Origin: Octopus sinensis
Lineage: Eukaryota
Assembly: GCF_006345805.1 (NCBI RefSeq)
Contig: NC_043000.1
Coordinates: forward strand, 61,442,001 to 61,506,000
Direction of reading: 5' to 3'
Length of the DNA stretch: 64,000 nucleotides
The notes below the pieces were generated by a model. The model saw only the letters and a list, made by a program, of their open reading frames with translations. It searched no databases and was not told where the DNA came from. Positions within the stretch are counted from its first letter, which is position 1, and every line of letters starts with the position of its first letter. This document shows positions 23,085 through 37,181 of the stretch, in pieces. Made by a program: the position numbers and the translations under genes.

Positions 23085-26063
23085 ACATACGATAAAATTT
23101 ATTAGATGTATGCGGAGTAATTGAATTTTAAAGTATGTTTGATCAATAGGATATTAAACACATTGTTTCTGCTTCCCCACTTTTCCCCACTGTATTTTTC
23201 GCCCAGTACATTATTTGAAATTTGAAATCTGAAATATTCTGCTAGAAAAAAACAAAAAAGACCTGATAAGGACCTTTTAAACACACAAAAAATATTTCAA
23301 ACATTATGATCTGAAATATAAACAGCTACATAAATATATAAAATATAAGCGTTTTGTAAATTTATGTATAAGCGTTTTTTGTAAATATATATATATGAAT
23401 GTATCGTTGTGTGCATGTATTTAGTATTATAACAAATAAAAAGAGCTGATAATAAAACCCTTTTACATACAGTAAATATTTGATAAAAATATAAATATCT
23501 ATAGACAAGCATGTAGATACATAAATAAATATATCTCTGTATTTAAGTATATTCGTATATATGAATATATGTGTGTACGTGTACTCGAGCGTATGTGTGT
23601 ATATTCGTACATGTACGCATGTGTGCACATGCGTATTCATATTTAAAAAGGCTACTCATTAAATATTTGTTTACTGAACCTTCAGTAATCAACACATCCG
23701 ATTTTAGTTTCATGCATCAGCCGTAGAGATAATTTCGTATCACTATCACAATTGCATCTTTCGATTTACATCAATAAAATATCATGTAAACAATTCTGTA
23801 TTAAAATTCTTTGTCAATCTGAAAAATAGCCTAACACCTCCACATAGACGGAGGAAAGATTGTATTTATCAGCTAACAGCTTTAATAATTAAAGAATTGA
23901 ATTCGCTTTCGTCAGTGCAGTACATAATGTGTAGGAAAAGTGAAACTGTTTGCAGTTGAACTAGAGAAATTTATGACAGAATCGTTTGTCCTAACAGCTC
24001 TTCAAATAAGATACTGAATTAGAATTTTGTTCCATTGTAATTTGTAAACATCTTCCATAAGTGAAAGAAGTGATTCAGGAAGTTGTATATTGAGACGTTT
24101 GCCATTGGAAGACTTTTATTTCTGATACATCTTCAAGGATAAATTTATTCTATTCATGTCCATTTAATGAAGTCTGTGTAAGATATTTTCTTCGATCCAC
24201 GTTTCATCTGTTTTATTCTCATAATAGAATTGTTCTTTTGATGATTTTTCTACTTTAATGGCTTGTTATATTGCCATCAGTGATACATTGTTTCAACTGA
24301 TATTGAATAGTTCGCTTTTAAGCAGTCACATATTCCAACTCATATACAGTCTCATCATGTAAAAAGAGGTTAAAATACAATTATGCTTGATCACAGACAC
24401 ATCCACTGTTAAATACAAATACGTATATATATATGTACGTAACGGCAGAAATGTATAATTATATATGTCTCCAGTAAAACAATATCTGTATACATAGAGT
24501 TAAATATATGCCTTTATCATACACAACCAATTTAGGCACGTATTCAGACATACAGTGATCGTGTTAACGTCTATGGATGTTCACCGTGACAGAGAGTGAA
24601 GAACGGTTTGCGCTTCATATGCTAAATGTAATAATTATATTCAATTCCAAAGGATGTTAAGAAACAAATATATAACACAGACTAAAGCAGAACGAATTAT
24701 ATGTACTAGTTTTTAGCATTGTATCTGCCGGGTAACTTTAATATAAAGAAATACCAGCATTTGCATATCTCAGGTCCACTGTGACGCAATAGGGCTGCGT
24801 GCCTCGGTCGCAGATCTTCAAATTTAGAGGGAATATTTTGACAATTTTACCATTTCACCCAACCCTTGCCTTACTTGCTTTACGAAGCCTAAAAGAACTA
24901 ACTACCAAGTCGCCTCTGGAGGAATGTAAAATGGGGTATTCTAAATCATTTCCACTCCCACTATTTTTGGTTATGATAGTTATAACAAAGGGAAAAATAA
25001 ACGTACAACATTTTTTGGAAAAACAACCTTGAATAGACTCAAATACTTGAATGAGTCTATTTCATCGAATTCTGAAAGATGAAAGGCAACACTGGTTCCT
25101 GTGGCATACAAACTAGCAATAAGAAGCGAAAACATTATAGGGCAGTTTGCCTACCATCCACTGGTTCTTACATCCTCGAGGGTGATAGCAAATATAACTT
25201 TTTAAGTATTATTATTACTGTCATCATCGCAAATGGAAGAGCCAGTGCAAACTGTACTCCGATTTACTTGTCTATTTATATTCCGAGTTGAAATGCCATA
25301 AAAGTGATAGCAATAATATAAGTAAAATAAACGTCAAATATTTGAAACATGTAAATAAGGTGTTGGATTCTATGTCAAAAATGTCCTGTAATTTTAATTA
25401 TCAATTAACGGATGTGTTGATTTAGATGTTAAATTACTTCCCAACATGAATTTATAATTTTGTTAGAAAACTTGTAAAGATTTCTAAAAATATATATTAA
25501 AAAAGCTGTCTATTAATAGAATGTACTGAAAAAGTATTTCATTCACAAAATACCTTATGTAGATGCGTCTTTAAAAAGTCATGTATCATGATTATCACAA
25601 GTAAGATTAGTAAATTAATCCTTTTTTCTTTGCAATAAACTATTTCCAATTACTTGAGGTCTCCAGTGATCGGAAATATTTTCTACTGAAGTATTAGTGA
25701 CCTTAATCTAATAAAAGTAGATACCAACATTAGAATAAATATAACTACATCAGAAATGTATGACATATACTCATTAATCTCAATAAACCAGGAGGAATTA
25801 AACGTCAGATGTTTGAAGCATACAAATAAGGTATTGGATTCTATGTCAAAACTGCCCTGTAATTCTAATTAGCAATTAATAGATGTGCTTGTAATGTTGA
25901 TGTTAAATTACTTAGTAGGACAGAGAAACGATCTCTAAAACCAGTTTTTGCAAATTCTGAAACTTATTATCTTGCTATCGTCAATCCATTCTTTACATAA
26001 AGCTAACAGATTGCAAGACAAGTGTTATTTGTTGTTGCGCTGAGAAACTTCTTGACTCGTATT

Positions 26064-26620
26064 TACGAGGGTCGACTATAAATTTCAAAGGATGACCAAA
26101 ATACTTTCATGGAATTTGAACAAATGCGGTTTATTTTTCAACATACTATCTCTTGCGGTCCACACATTTCTTCCATCAACGTTGCAGTGATTGGATTCCA
26201 CTGGTGAAGAAGCTTTCATCCTGTTGGTCAGAAAGACATCAACAGCAGATATGACGTCATCATCACTGTGATACTTTTTCCCAGCCAAGTGTGTCTTATG
26301 TTGGAGAACGAATGATAGTCAGAGGGTGGTCAACCAGTTCAAAGCCACAGTCACTCACAGCAATCATTGAAACTCACAGCAGTCATTGAAGCAGTCATGA
26401 GTTTAGTATTGACAGCCTTCTGGAATTGCTTCAGTAACTTGGAACAGTACACTCCAATCTATCTATCATCCCAAAAAACTGAGGCCATCAACTTCCCTGC
26501 AGATGAATCGAGCTTGGCCTTCTTTGAAGCAGGTGATCCAGGGTGTTCCCACTGTATGTATTGTGTGAAGGTACTTGATGACACCTCGATGCCAAATTTT
26601 ATTGATGTTCAAGAGAAGTC
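26064..26620 (-). mobile_element. Mariner (Tc1/mariner) relic with 3' TIR and internal deletion
   Basis: TA+CGAGGG terminus at 26064. Minus-strand peptides AGKKYHSDDDVISAVD (C-terminus) and QWEHPGSPASKKAKLDSSAGKLMASVFWD match mariner transposase motifs. Confidence 0.85.
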
Positions 26621-28414
26621 GTTATTAGCTACTTTTAAAGTTTTCTTTGAACAGTCAGACAGATATCAGTTTAAAAACAATGATGTTATTATTAAGAAGA
26701 GATGATATTAATGCATACAAGATTTACATTTCTAGCATAACTCCATCACAGTTAGCATAAGATTCTTTGAGCACACTCTTTTCACACGGATATTATTAAG
26801 ATTGTCTGTATTCGGTACACAGAAGAACGCGGTTTCAGAAAGAATTTTTGAGAATATGCTATAGAAAATTATATGGAAATTACAACTAAACCCCGAGTGG
26901 TGTTTTATACGGTTTTCTACATTAATTTACGAATACGAAGATTGGATTGTGGTCTTTGGATGGTCTCTTAAGATATCTGATTTAGAACTGAATGAAACTA
27001 TGTAAGAAGCAAGCAGCAGCAGCACTGCGGAGAACTTAACTGCTACAATGGCTGCCTTGTAACGCCGACGGAACAATAAGAACCAATAAGAACGAGATAT
27101 ATTAATTTCACTAGGTTGCTCGACTTAATAAAGCTAAAATCAAAATCTCTTTCAAATCACGTACTACCATCTTAAAGAAGGTAAGATATAGAGGAAAACA
27201 AAGAGATGAACACGATTAGAGAGCATTACCATGAAGCGAATTGGTTAGAGCCGACAAAAGGACTATGCTATAACGACTTATCATAATTCAATGAACAAAA
27301 CGGTTGGGTTTGAGGTAGTCAAAGATAAATGTGCAAATGCGTCTGTCTTCCTTCAAAACAAACTTTTATGAGTTATGACGACGTAGTAATGTGATTCAGC
27401 CCCTACTAGCTGTCTGATTGATTATTAAACATGTATGGAGAAGTAATTTCAACAGTATCCTGTTAAATTAAAGAAATGGCTTATTTCTAACCAATATATT
27501 TGCATATATTAGATAATGTCTGGTTAAGAATAAATAAAAAAAGTGTGTGTGTGTGTGCGTTACTATATGCATGTTACACCAATGATTTAAAGAATAGTTA
27601 TGGCTTAAATTTCTGAGTTTTGTTTGCTTAGCAAATAGTTTGATTTGTAGCTGGTTGTTGAACCTGAAGTAACTTTATCGTGAGTGCTATTACAATTAAT
27701 TCAGAAGATACAAAAACTCTTACATTCACGTTTATTTATTTTTTCTCAATCGTACAATCAATGACGAAATAAACAAAAAGTGAATTTAACAGATTTTGGG
27801 TCCTTAACTGATCATAACGATTGTTTCAAGATTTAAAGCATTTTGAATATTTCTTATCTAGTGTATAAGGTTTCCTGTCTAAAACTTGGTGTCTCTGTAC
27901 TTACTAATTAAGTTGTTATAGGATAAAAACTGATGACCATCCATTTCTCATGTTTTCAAGTGATCATCTGCAGTAGATAATGTTATTTAAAGAGTTCGGA
28001 CAATTTGAGACTACACTTAGAAATTATATACACGACATCTAACTTCAAGAAGGAATATTGAATATTTCGACTGTAATACTGCAGCGTACTATCTGTATAA
28101 CTCTATACAACATACACCAAAATGAGAAATATACTTACACTTAGTCATTTACAAATTTCTGTGTAATTTATATAGAAAAACATGGTCTGTTAGGTTAATT
28201 TTACTGTTTCAGGTGCACTGGTCATTGACTGTCTGTTTTATACGATAATATGAAATACATGAAGAAAATACAAAGAACTTAAAAAATGTTTAAAATATAG
28301 GTTTCCATTATTATGTTGAGAATATGTTAAAATTCTTTAACTCAATCTTTCATATATAGCATAGATAGTAAAGTTGTCTACAAACGAAACTCTCCTTTAA
28401 TAAAAACAAAACTA

Positions 28415-28733
28415 GCTCTCCGTCGGTTACAACCACGAGGGTTCGAGTTGATCCGATCAACGGAGCAGTCTGCTTGTGAAATTAATGTGCAGGTGACTGA
28501 GTACTCCACAGACAGGTGTACTCTTAACGTAGTTTTCAGAAAGATTCAGCATGACACAGAGTGAGACAAGGCTGGCCCATGAAACAGGCGCATCTCATTT
28601 TTACCACCTGATTGGACTGGAGCAACGTGAAATGATGTATCTTGCTCAAGGACATAACGAGTCGCCTGAAATTGAACTCATGACCTTACGATCATTAGTC
28701 GAATACCCTAACCACCAAGGCACACGCTTTCAC
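28415..28733 (-). mobile_element. SINE family B, near full length
   Basis: CTCCGTCGGTTAC..GTTGATCCGATCAAC..GATTCAGC..GGACTGGAGCAACGTGAAA..GAACTCATGACCTTACGATC..CCTAACCAC. Confidence 0.85.
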
Positions 28734-29108
28734 TGTCTTTTAATATCCACCAGATAATACACTGATCGCTTTCATTTTCAAAGTGATATATCTTGTTTAA
28801 TGGAAAATACTACTGAGCAGGAGTCACATGATGGAAAGCCGAATATGCTAGTAAGTTTTAATATTTGGGTTATATGATTTCAGGTTTTGAATTTATTATT
28901 TATGTGTATCGCCTTTGTTGTACGGAAAAAGTCGTTGCTTAGCAGTACATGGACTGGGAATTGGTGATCCATTATGATCTGATATCGAGAGTGACAAGCG
29001 AGTGTCTAACCCTGCGAATGAAATACATTTCAAGATGTGATATTTGTAAAGCATTGATATTTTAGTTTTCTCGCCAATTATTATACCCTACACCGATACA
29101 GGCACAAA

Positions 29109-29111
<3 letters not shown>

Positions 29112-29175
<64 letters not shown>

Positions 29176-29193
29176 CACACACACACACACACA

Positions 29194-29250
<57 letters not shown>

Positions 29251-29262
29251 GCACACACACAC
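29112..29262. repeat. Long (CA)n microsatellite
   Basis: Directly visible. Confidence 0.95.
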
Positions 29263-29269
29263 ACAATTC

Positions 29270-29638
29270 TTTCTATTATAGGCACAAGGCCTGAAGTTTT
29301 TGGGGAGGGGACTAGTCGATTACAACGACCCTAGAATTTCAGTGGTATTTAATTTATCGACCCCAAAAGGATGAAAGGCAAAATCGACCTCCGTGGAATT
29401 TGAACTCAGAACGTAGCGGCAGACAAAATACATGTTTCTTTACTACCCACAGAGGGGACGAACAAGGATAGACAAACGGATTAAGTCGATTATATCGACC
29501 CCAGTGCGTAACTGGTACTTATTTAATCGACCCCGAAAGGATGAAAGGCAAAGTCGACCTCGGCGGAATTTGAACTCAGAGCGTAATAGCAGACGAAATA
29601 CGGCTACGCATTTCGCCCGGCGTGCTAACGTTTCTGCC
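29270..29638 (-). mobile_element. Two SINE family C copies head-to-tail (different tails)
   Basis: The core ATCGACCCC.AAAGGATGAAAGGCAAA.TCGACCTC.G.GGAATTTGAACTCAGA occurs twice (near 29357 and 29527). Confidence 0.85.
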
Positions 29639-30049
29639 ACACACACACACAGACACACGTAAAATAATATTGATGCACTTGGCTAATATTTGTAAATGTT
29701 TGAGTAATAGTCTTTGAAAGCTAATAACCTTTTGGAATATAAGAATAACAACCATCTATCAGGCACTTCACACTATCTGTAAGCAGAATACTTACAATAA
29801 ATGTGTTGTTATCTAAATTCCAGTGGTTGAGTTTTGCTTCCATGGTAGAAATCAGCCACTTTCTCGCAATAAGAATTGAAATGATTAAGAAGAGAACATA
29901 CATGAATACATAATTGCAAAGGACATATGTTCTGGTTCCGATTTTGTTCCATATAGTATTATTCTAACAGAGGTTATGTTGGAAGACACCACTCAAGGTT
30001 CAATGCACGAGGATTCAATGCAAAACCACGTGGTCGCGATGCGAAATCC

Positions 30050-30270
30050 ATTAGCACGCAGCTATATTCGCAAGTGCCAATATGCTTAACGGCATTCCTC
30101 CGGCTTTACGTTCTGAGTTCTATTTCTGTTGAAGTTTACTTCGCCTTTTATTCTCTCGATAAAAGTCAATAAAATCGATAAAATAAGTACAAGTTAAGCA
30201 CTGGGGTCGATGTAATAGACTAGCTCCTCACACAAAATCGCTGGCTTTGTGCTAAAATTATAAACTAATA
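30050..30270 (+). mobile_element. SINE family C, degraded
   Basis: TTTACGTTCTGAGTTC..GAAGTTTACTTCGCCTTT..AAATAAGTAC..GCACTGGGGTCGATGTAAT. Confidence 0.65.
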
Positions 30271-32995
30271 TATTCCTCTAGAAATTAAATGAAGAAAATT
30301 GATATTGTTCCTAATTGATAATGAGATGAATCTGAGAGTAGGTTTCGGATGACAGGTCTGATAATTCAGTTTAGTTATAGCATAAATACTACTAAGGAAG
30401 ACATACGAAGTAGGCTAACCCAATACGTAGATATAGAGGGAGAAGGCTAGACGTAGAGAGTCGAGTAGGGTAGAGTTGAGTAGAAGTCATCCGAACGTGC
30501 GACATAACAGTGGCAACGAGGATTTCGTAGCTGACACAGCCTCTGTGTAGTATTGCGATATAACAGTTTCAAAGATATCTTTCTTAATAATCCCAACCTC
30601 TTGCGATATTCATAATTTTCCTAGCGTCATTAACGCTATATATAAGATATATGAACTGAAATGTCTTTTACTGGATTTGAAACTAAAACTACTTATCGAC
30701 TTGAAGGTCGTTTACTGCTAGCTTAACTGCACTTGATGTCATACTCTGTTTAATGAATCGATCACATGTATTGGCACACATCACACATTTTAAGGGAGAC
30801 GTATAATCGATTTAATCGATTTCAGCACTTAGCTGTTACTATTTTATCAACTACGAAGAAATGAATTGTTAGGATGATCTCAATTGGGATTTGAAATCAG
30901 AACACAGAGATATAAAAATAGCCTGAAAGCAGTCGCAACGTAGTTACTCGACCTCCTATAGATAAATGGAAAAATCTAAGTCAAATCACACTGTGGTTTC
31001 TGGTATAGGAAAGAATGAGGTGATAACGTTCGAAAGATTTTGATCATAGATTTGTAACTTTAGATTTGACTTGAGGCTAGCCATGAGTTACAAAAGTTTG
31101 TTCATATTAAACAGTTCATGAAATAAATTATATATTATAAATATCTTTAATATTTTTCGTATCTAACTGGTTCATGACAAAAGCATGATGGTTTGTTTTT
31201 GTATTTTTGAAAGAATAAACACTATTAAATCATAATAAATCTTCGTAAAAGGTGTTGCATAGAAACATTTAGTATTTTATGTATCCTGGCACTCTGCTGC
31301 TCAAATCTAATAAGCAAACCATATTCTAACATACTTTATTAAAGAGAGGTTCGTATCTGTCTGTATTATTGTTGCAATTTATTTTCAAATCGTTATCATA
31401 AATACATAAGTTGAGTTCTCCTAATTTGTCCTAAGCACCAGCGATTTAATCCGCAGAATATACTCTTCTTTAGACAGTAATATTATAAAGGAATTAACAC
31501 GATGATATAAACTTTATTGCAACACAAAACTTAGGAATTATTATAATTCTTGTTCTTGTTTCTAGGCTTGGAAGACTGCAGCTTCACTAGATCAAGATTG
31601 ACATTTACTATGTAATAACAAAGTGATTTTGTGTATCTTCTGTTATGTTCATAAATATGCAAATGTCTACATCCAACATATTCGTTTAAAGACGATTTAG
31701 ACACCCGGAAAACGTAGACATCTGAATAATAGTTAATGACAGCTGAATCAACATTCAACTCTCCTCTTTGTAGCACTTTTTTTTTCAAATATCTATTTTC
31801 CCTTACATACTGATTCGCATTATCATTATCATTACTCAGCCTTTTTATATTTTTATTTTAATGTGTGCGTTTCCCGTTGTCTTGTAATCTGTCTTTCGTA
31901 GTTAAGAAATTGTGACAATTTTGATATTGATCTAGTTGTTTTAGCGAGACTTCATCTTCGTTTCATTTGACTTCATGTGTAACATCGATGTGAATTATAA
32001 CACAAGATAAATTGTTTCAAAGTCAAGAGCTAGACGGCTATACATCTATATATTTTATGGTGATGTGCTAGCTATATTTTTAGCAAACAATACAGAGAGA
32101 AAGAGAGAGAAAGAGAGTGAGAGAGGGGGAGAGAGGGAGAGTGGGCGAAAGAGAGGCAGAAAACACTCAAGCACAAAGACTAACAAACATACACACGAAT
32201 ACTATTCTCATTCAAATAATTGTAAATGCATATAAAGTATCAAAATAACACACACACACACATACGCACACTCACATACAGATACACGAAAACAATACAC
32301 ACACATATATCTATGACTGAATATGTATGACTGAATTTATGAATAGACATATTTTAGGTTCGTCCATGATATATTGGTATATTAACTAATTCAAATATGA
32401 ATAAAATAAGCCATTTCACAAATGACTTAATCTCTATAAGATACACTCGCTCACTGATATTATAGGAGGAACTTTTCTTCAATTTCTTTTTTAGAGTTTT
32501 GTTTTCCTTCTAACCATCTATCTTTTAACTCGATGTAAACCAATACTGAATAGTTAGTGATTTCAGATGGTAACCATATCTAGAATAAAATAACATACTA
32601 ACAGACTTAGTGTTTGAGATATACTACCAAATCTTTAGTGAAATCACTTTTTTTTTATTATCGTTACAAACATCTTCCTTCAGAAGTTATCCAAGTATCT
32701 CTATTAGAAGAAACACTATTCAAAATATATTTGATCGATATTATGTGAGAACGACTACCCATGATCTTCCTACAGACTCACTAAATAAAAATGAGTACAT
32801 TTTTTTGTCCACCATACACGCGTAGCCATGCATAAAATTTGTTTCCTCAGTATATTCTTATAGCCACTATAAACGTGTAGACAAGCTAACAATTTATTTA
32901 TTTGTTCCGGCAAAAGTAAGAGACAAAACTTGGTGGGTTCAAGAGAATAATACAATGCAAATTATTATAATCTCAACATCAGTCAATTGCATTTA

Positions 32996-33330
32996 ATTTA
33001 GGCACAAGGCCAGCAGTTTGTAGGGAAGGATGTTAGTATATTTACCTATCTTGGGAAAAATAAGTAAAATTAACCTTTGCTGGATTTGTACTTAGAATAT
33101 CCAAAGATAAAATTCACCGTCTGTCTGCGCTAGATAATCCCGGTATACAAAGCCACGCATTTTGGGAGAAGGCATGAATTATTAACAGGCTTCATTACTT
33201 ATTTCATCAGTCACAGATGGATAATTGAAGAATATAACCACACTGGAATTCGAACTCAGGACATTAAGGACCTAACTAAAATCAACGGCGAATTTTTCCC
33301 ATCACGCCACTAATTCAGCTATCCACTGAC
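32996..33330 (-). mobile_element. SINE family C fragments, degraded
   Basis: TTTAGGCACAAGGCCAGCAGTTTG..; GGAATTCGAACTCAGGAC. Confidence 0.5.
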
Positions 33331-34436
33331 TTAGTGTGTATGTATACATGCATATACATATGTCATTTTCCATTTTTATTTGAAAGCTTCATTCAATGTT
33401 GCAGATGGTAACTTGAAAAGTTTTGCATATCTTCATTTGTAATTTGCGTGTTAGCTGGTTGATTACGTTTTCTGAAATCCACGACGTAGTCACATTACTA
33501 CTTACATATTTACTAACATAACAAAGTGCACTATTTATCATTGGGATAATCATGAAATTATAACCTTCGTATAGAAACTGAAGGTTCTAAGCATACCGAT
33601 AGATATTTTTTGTGTAATTTGTTATGATGATCGTTTCATGTTTTAGGTGCTCTCCCAGAAAAGTTAGCTCGGCTGTTTGGGGGTTGTAAGAGAGGTCATC
33701 AGGAAGATAATAGCTATTGAGGAGAGTATTGCCGCCACGTAAGATATTGTTGCTTTCGCTTTCCAGCACTAGATTTACATACTTGTTTTTCTGCTGCTGT
33801 TTAGGAGGTGGTGTTTGAAAAATACTATACGGCATTTAAGCTGTCCGCACTGATCTCAAACGTTTACCTCCTGCATCGTTTCTTAGTCAGAAACTGTTAC
33901 TATAACCACAAGCAAAGCAGCTAGTTATAAAACCTCTTATAATTACTATTACTGTTTCTGTGTTAGATAAATATATACCTACGTACATGCATGCAGGCAG
34001 GCAGTCATACCTACATGCGAAGATTAATATCATGCGTGTACGTATGTATGCGTGCTTTCATGTATTTGTGTATACATCAATGTATATATGTATATATTTA
34101 TTTGTGTGTGTGTGTGTGTGTGTGTGTGTATGCGTATGTATATATATATATATGTGTGTGTGTGCGTGCGTGCGTGTGTGTGCATGTATGTATGTATGTA
34201 TGTATGTATGTATGTATGAGTGCTTGTTTGTGTTTGCATGTATTTGTCAACGCTTGGCAACCAAGATTAGTTTGTTTACATTCCTGTAAAATAATGACTT
34301 AGCCCAAAGAAATATATATAGCATAAGTATCAGACTTTTAAAAAGTCAGAACTGAGGTTATTGAATCAATGAAGACATGAAGGTGATGGCTTGCGAAGCC
34401 TAGCTGCAGTACACTGACTGAAGTAAATGTAAACGA

Positions 34437-34830
<394 letters not shown>

Positions 34831-35279
34831 CGTGTATGCCTGTGTCTTTATATACATGCATATAACAGGCATTCAAATATACATACAGAGTAAGACACAC
34901 ACAGAAATACATATACAAAAAGATTTGTACTCACAAACTCTCACAGTGAATGTAATTGCTTTCGTGTATACATGCGTGTGTATTTACATTAAGTTTTAAA
35001 GAATAGTAAATAGATTCCTAACCTGTTTCTTCTCCCACTCATGACAGTTCTATAGTAATTTCGTACAAGATTGTTAGTTGCAGTGCAACCATTTTAAATT
35101 ACTTAAACTTTCAGTAATCTCTATTGTAATATTTTTGACATTTTCCCCTGATTATATATCATTTTAAGCGAATTTATCCGGATGCACTGTTAAGCATCTT
35201 GTTTACGGGAACATAGTGTTTAAGACATTGTTCATTGTTCTTATGGTTATATAAGGTGGTGGCTCTGATATGAGATATG

Positions 35280-35345
35280 CTATGATATGCATGTATGTAT
35301 ATATATATATATATACATATATCATAGCATATATCATATGTAATG

Positions 35346-35400
<55 letters not shown>

Positions 35401-35455
35401 CTGTATGTGTGTGTATACATATATATACGTATATATGTATATATATATGTGTATA

Positions 35456-35512
<57 letters not shown>

Positions 35513-35520
35513 GCACACAC
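35280..35520. repeat. Compound (TA)n array
   Basis: Directly visible. Confidence 0.9.
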
Positions 35521-37049
35521 ATTATATAAATATATAAATATATATATACTATGTAGAGACATACACACATGCTCACACACACACATCGTAATACGTAAAA
35601 ATGCATAAACCCTCACATATTCATACAACCAAACATGCTTACAGGCGCGCGTATCCTTACGTACATACATACACGCAATCATAAGCATGTACGCATACAT
35701 ACATGATACATACAAGCACACACAGACGCACACAGATGCACACGCACACACACACATACACACGCAGATATAATGGAATCCTATTTGGCTTTTGTATTCA
35801 CTAAACTAATCAATATCTTCTCTTCTTGCGTCATTATATTGTTTTATATATGACTTGCTAAATTTTCTATTTTTCGACTTTATGAAGGAATAGACATTCC
35901 TTCTCTGCTGATCTCTCATTTACTTCTTTTATTATTTACTGAGATTTAGAATATAAGCTAATCTGATGTCGACTTATATTCGTGGAAGGGAATTATTTAT
36001 TAATAAAATATCATGGAAATTACTATATCGTTTGTCTGTCATTGCCTGATGTTTTTATTCTCCTCGCATTGCACAAATAATCCTCGTTTAATTCTACCGA
36101 TTTTTGTTTCTTTCTTATAAATAGCTTTCATTTACAATATCTATTCTTGTTTCGTTTTAGTTTTCAATAAAATTCTTTTGAAGAATTTATCGTATTTTGT
36201 ACGTCTTTCTTAGAAAACAACATATTTCTATTTTATCGTCTCTTTAATATTGTTTAGTAATGGTAAAAGTTTCGGAACTGGTGGGGTTGGTTAACAGCAG
36301 CTTGCATTTATTGTTTTAATGGCTGTAGTTACCGTATGTGATCCATTAAAGCGGGCGCTAGTAGTTTACACATTCACATGTCTGGATGTCAAAAGAAAAT
36401 GTCATTTAACCTGGACAGTATTTTCAGCAAACTGTTTACACAATTATTTCTGTCATACTTAGCTTAGGCATTTGCTTAATGAACTGTACGTCAATCAATT
36501 AAGCATTAAGTGGTGTCCTTCTAAAATATTCGCCCAAGAGGGTTTTGATTTGACTCTGTTGCATACGTATTTTTGTAATCGTATCATAGCCAAATAGCGA
36601 TGTTTAGAAATAAAATTATTCAATTACACATTGAAAATGATTTATGTTTACAATTAGGAAAAATATTAATAATAGAATCTATAACCTCATACAGAGCTTT
36701 GGAGTGTTACAGGTGATAAACAAATTAATAGCACTTCGGTTTATTGCACGAGCATTTAACATTTCTTAACGTGTTGCTGGCACCTTGCTCAGCTTTAGCA
36801 CTCATTGGATCATCATTCCTAGCTGTAATTATGTCCCTTGCTTTGTGGTGTGGAAAAGAACATAAAAAAAAAGGAAAAGAGAGAAAATGAAAGAAGAAAC
36901 ACAATAGAGACTGCGGGACAAACCACTAAGCGGCAAAATAGATCTGGCATTTTTAGGGTAGTTTACTTCACAATACCACAGAAATCAGGGAAAGAAATTT
37001 TTAGATTAACGTTTCAGAAACTGAAACAAATATTTTGTTGTTTTATTAA

Positions 37050-37181
37050 AGTCAACTAGCGGTTCGACAAAAGCGCCCGATAGAATAAGTAGTAGGTTTA
37101 CATAGAATAAGTTCTGGGGTTGGTTTGTTCGACTAAAAAGGCGGTGCTCCGGCATGGCTGCAGTCAAATGACTGAAACAAA
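37050..37181 (+). mobile_element. SINE family A 3' half
   Basis: GCGGTTCGACAAAAG..GATAGAATAAGTA..AGGCGGTGCTCC.GCATGGCTGCAGTCAAATGACTGAAACAA. Confidence 0.8.

Noticed and set aside
24750-24830. GC-richer stretch with minus-strand peptide KICDRGTQPYCVTVDLRYANA
   Set aside because: Upstream in-frame stop, weak splice sites and no recognisable homology.
31567-31615. Strong acceptor TTCTTGTTCTTGTTTCTAG followed by a short open frame
   Set aside because: The donor is weak and the peptide unrecognisable; insufficient for an exon call.
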